Source of the DNA: a virus
Taxonomy: Duplodnaviria > Caudoviricetes
Virus record (IMG/VR): IMGVR_UViG_3300020360_000006
Location: 1 to 36,393 of that record
Direction: 5' to 3' (one strand)
DNA length: 36,393 bases
Part shown: piece by piece, positions 35,019 through 36,393 of the stretch
Layout of the letters: every line of letters starts with the position of its first letter
Numbering within the stretch: the stretch's first letter is position 1
The notes under the pieces: model-generated
Told to the model about the DNA's origin: nothing
The model's input: the letters and a program-made list of their open reading frames with translations, nothing else
Databases searched by the model: none
Made by a program: the position numbers and the translations under genes

Positions 35019-36017
35019 ATGGGAGTACAAATAGGTGGAAGCAAAGAAAAAGCTAAAACCAATCAACAATCTACAAGTGAATATACACCTTATGCGCCTG
35101 CTGAACCTTTAATAAGTAATGCGCTTACTGGATTACAAAACTATTATGACACACCACAACAATTTATGGGTGGTTTTGATGCAGATAATTTTCTTACACC
35201 TTTTACAGAAAATCAGTTAGACATCATAGATCAAGGCGGTAGTATGTTTAACTTAGCAAACGATCCAAGGTTTGCTACATCTGATGCTGTTTTAAATTCT
35301 TACATGGGTGGACAACCAACTAGCATTGCAGGAAATCAATTACTAAATTTAGCTCAAGGACAAACTGGTACATCTCTCGACCAATTTAATGCCGGTACAG
35401 CGCCTAATGCTTTTAACATGATGAACACCCCTACAAGCTCTTATTTAGATAATTTACAAGGGACACTTACAAACAATGCTGTAAATCGAATTTCATCTGA
35501 AATGGCGGGAATGGGTAGATTTGATCCTAACAGCGCTACATTTGCGTCAAATGTTGCGCAAACGTATGGAGATAGCATAAACCCTTACTTATTTGATTTA
35601 GAAAATAAAGAACGACAAAGAGAGTTTGATGCTAATACAAATCAAGTTAACAATATGTTTAATGCCGGATCGGCAATAACTGACAATGCTTATCAAGCCT
35701 CTTCTGGATTAAGCGATGATGAAATCAACATTGCTAAAGGAACTACAGGACGAGTTACTGATTTTGCAAATTTACAAAACAGTTTACTAAATAGTTCTTT
35801 TGGTTTTGATAACATGCTTAGAGAAATGACTGATGCAGAGAAACAAATACAAATTGCAGAATTGTTGTTTGCACAAGACAACCCTTATAATCAATTAATA
35901 AACTTCTTAAATCCTGTAATGTCCATAGCAAGTGGATTTCCTGTAGTAAATCAACAAGGAACAAGTAGCAGTAAACAAAGTGGGTTTGGATTTGGAATGA
36001 GTTTTGGGGGTCAGTAA
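35019..36017 (+). CDS. DNA ejection / internal virion protein
   Basis: N/Q/G/A-rich; follows nozzle and GNAT-like genes. Confidence 0.6.
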   Translation: MGVQIGGSKEKAKTNQQSTSEYTPYAPAEPLISNALTGLQNYYDTPQQFMGGFDADNFLTPFTENQLDIIDQGGSMFNLANDPRFATSDAVLNSYMGGQPTSIAGNQLLNLAQGQTGTSLDQFNAGTAPNAFNMMNTPTSSYLDNLQGTLTNNAVNRISSEMAGMGRFDPNSATFASNVAQTYGDSINPYLFDLENKERQREFDANTNQVNNMFNAGSAITDNAYQASSGLSDDEINIAKGTTGRVTDFANLQNSLLNSSFGFDNMLREMTDAEKQIQIAELLFAQDNPYNQLINFLNPVMSIASGFPVVNQQGTSSSKQSGFGFGMSFGGQ

Positions 36018-36393
36018 TGGCAAAGTTTAGCACAGCATCAAATGTAGATATGTTATTGCAAGCTAGTGGATTCATTGCTACCCCAGTCAATGCTCCAAAT
36101 GGCATGTATTGGACACAAAAAGATAAACAAAAAAAATTAGACGAAATTAATCAGTCAAATTTTCGTATGCAAAACAGCAATCTAAATTTATCTGTCCCAC
36201 AAGTACAAGGTAAAAATAAATCTATTTTGGCTATACAAAAAGCTTTAAATCAAACACCTGCTTCGTCAAAACCAAAAATACAAACTAATTATACAAGTGG
36301 ATCTGCACCAACTGTAAGGTTTCCTAATCTCAGACCGCAGAATTTTACACCTATAAAAACGAATCCAGTACAAGATGGTAGTGGCTTGTTAAC
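36017..36393 (+). CDS. Internal virion protein, open to the window end
   Basis: TAATG coupling; MAKFSTASNVDMLLQASG...DGSGLL with no stop codon. Confidence 0.6.
   Translation, partial: MAKFSTASNVDMLLQASGFIATPVNAPNGMYWTQKDKQKKLDEINQSNFRMQNSNLNLSVPQVQGKNKSILAIQKALNQTPASSKPKIQTNYTSGSAPTVRFPNLRPQNFTPIKTNPVQDGSGLL

Larger units (their letters stand above)
1..36393. mobile_element. Temperate podovirus-like bacteriophage genome, non-integrated (attP intact, no host flanks)
   Basis: TerL, portal, scaffold, MCP, adaptor/nozzle and ejection-like genes are present; no tape-measure, tail-tube or sheath gene recognised; integrase plus cI/cro switch; phage genes on both sides of the integrase. Confidence 0.95.

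Overview
The window is most of, possibly all of, a low-GC temperate podovirus genome in its non-integrated form. Its gene content resembles marine HTVC010P/P22-type phages, and the host is probably an alphaproteobacterium (inference). Order on the + strand: a 5'-truncated ejection/internal virion protein, two paralogous tail-collar fibres and a lysis module (M15A endolysin, holin). A leftward arm follows with a tyrosine integrase, attP and an exonuclease/ERF/SSB-like recombination operon. Next come a divergent repressor/Cro switch with a HEXXH metalloprotease, a nuclease, an MT-A70 methyltransferase, a wHTH replication initiator and a DUF6362-like regulator. An AT-rich island of small ORFs precedes the packaging and head genes (TerL, portal, displaced TerS, scaffold, MCP). 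The right end holds an S74-chaperoned fibre with an adhesin, a 2OG-Fe(II) oxygenase/Coq4 cassette, adaptor/nozzle genes and ejection proteins. Main observations: (1) attP carries a replacement 5' end of the host yebC gene (MAGHSKFKNIMY), implying integration into yebC. (2) The genome appears purged of GCWGC, CCNGG, GGNCC and CCAGC, visible as missing AA/PG/GP dipeptides; the exceptions I found are all in the fibre tip/adhesin module. (3) A GAGTC-motif/hairpin island is led by a tiny acidic protein. (4) A three-unit hairpin array with 42-43 bp period lies behind a promoter with tandem NrdR-like boxes. (5) A Coq4-family enzyme sits in the fibre cassette. All family calls come from motif recognition by eye; no searches were run.
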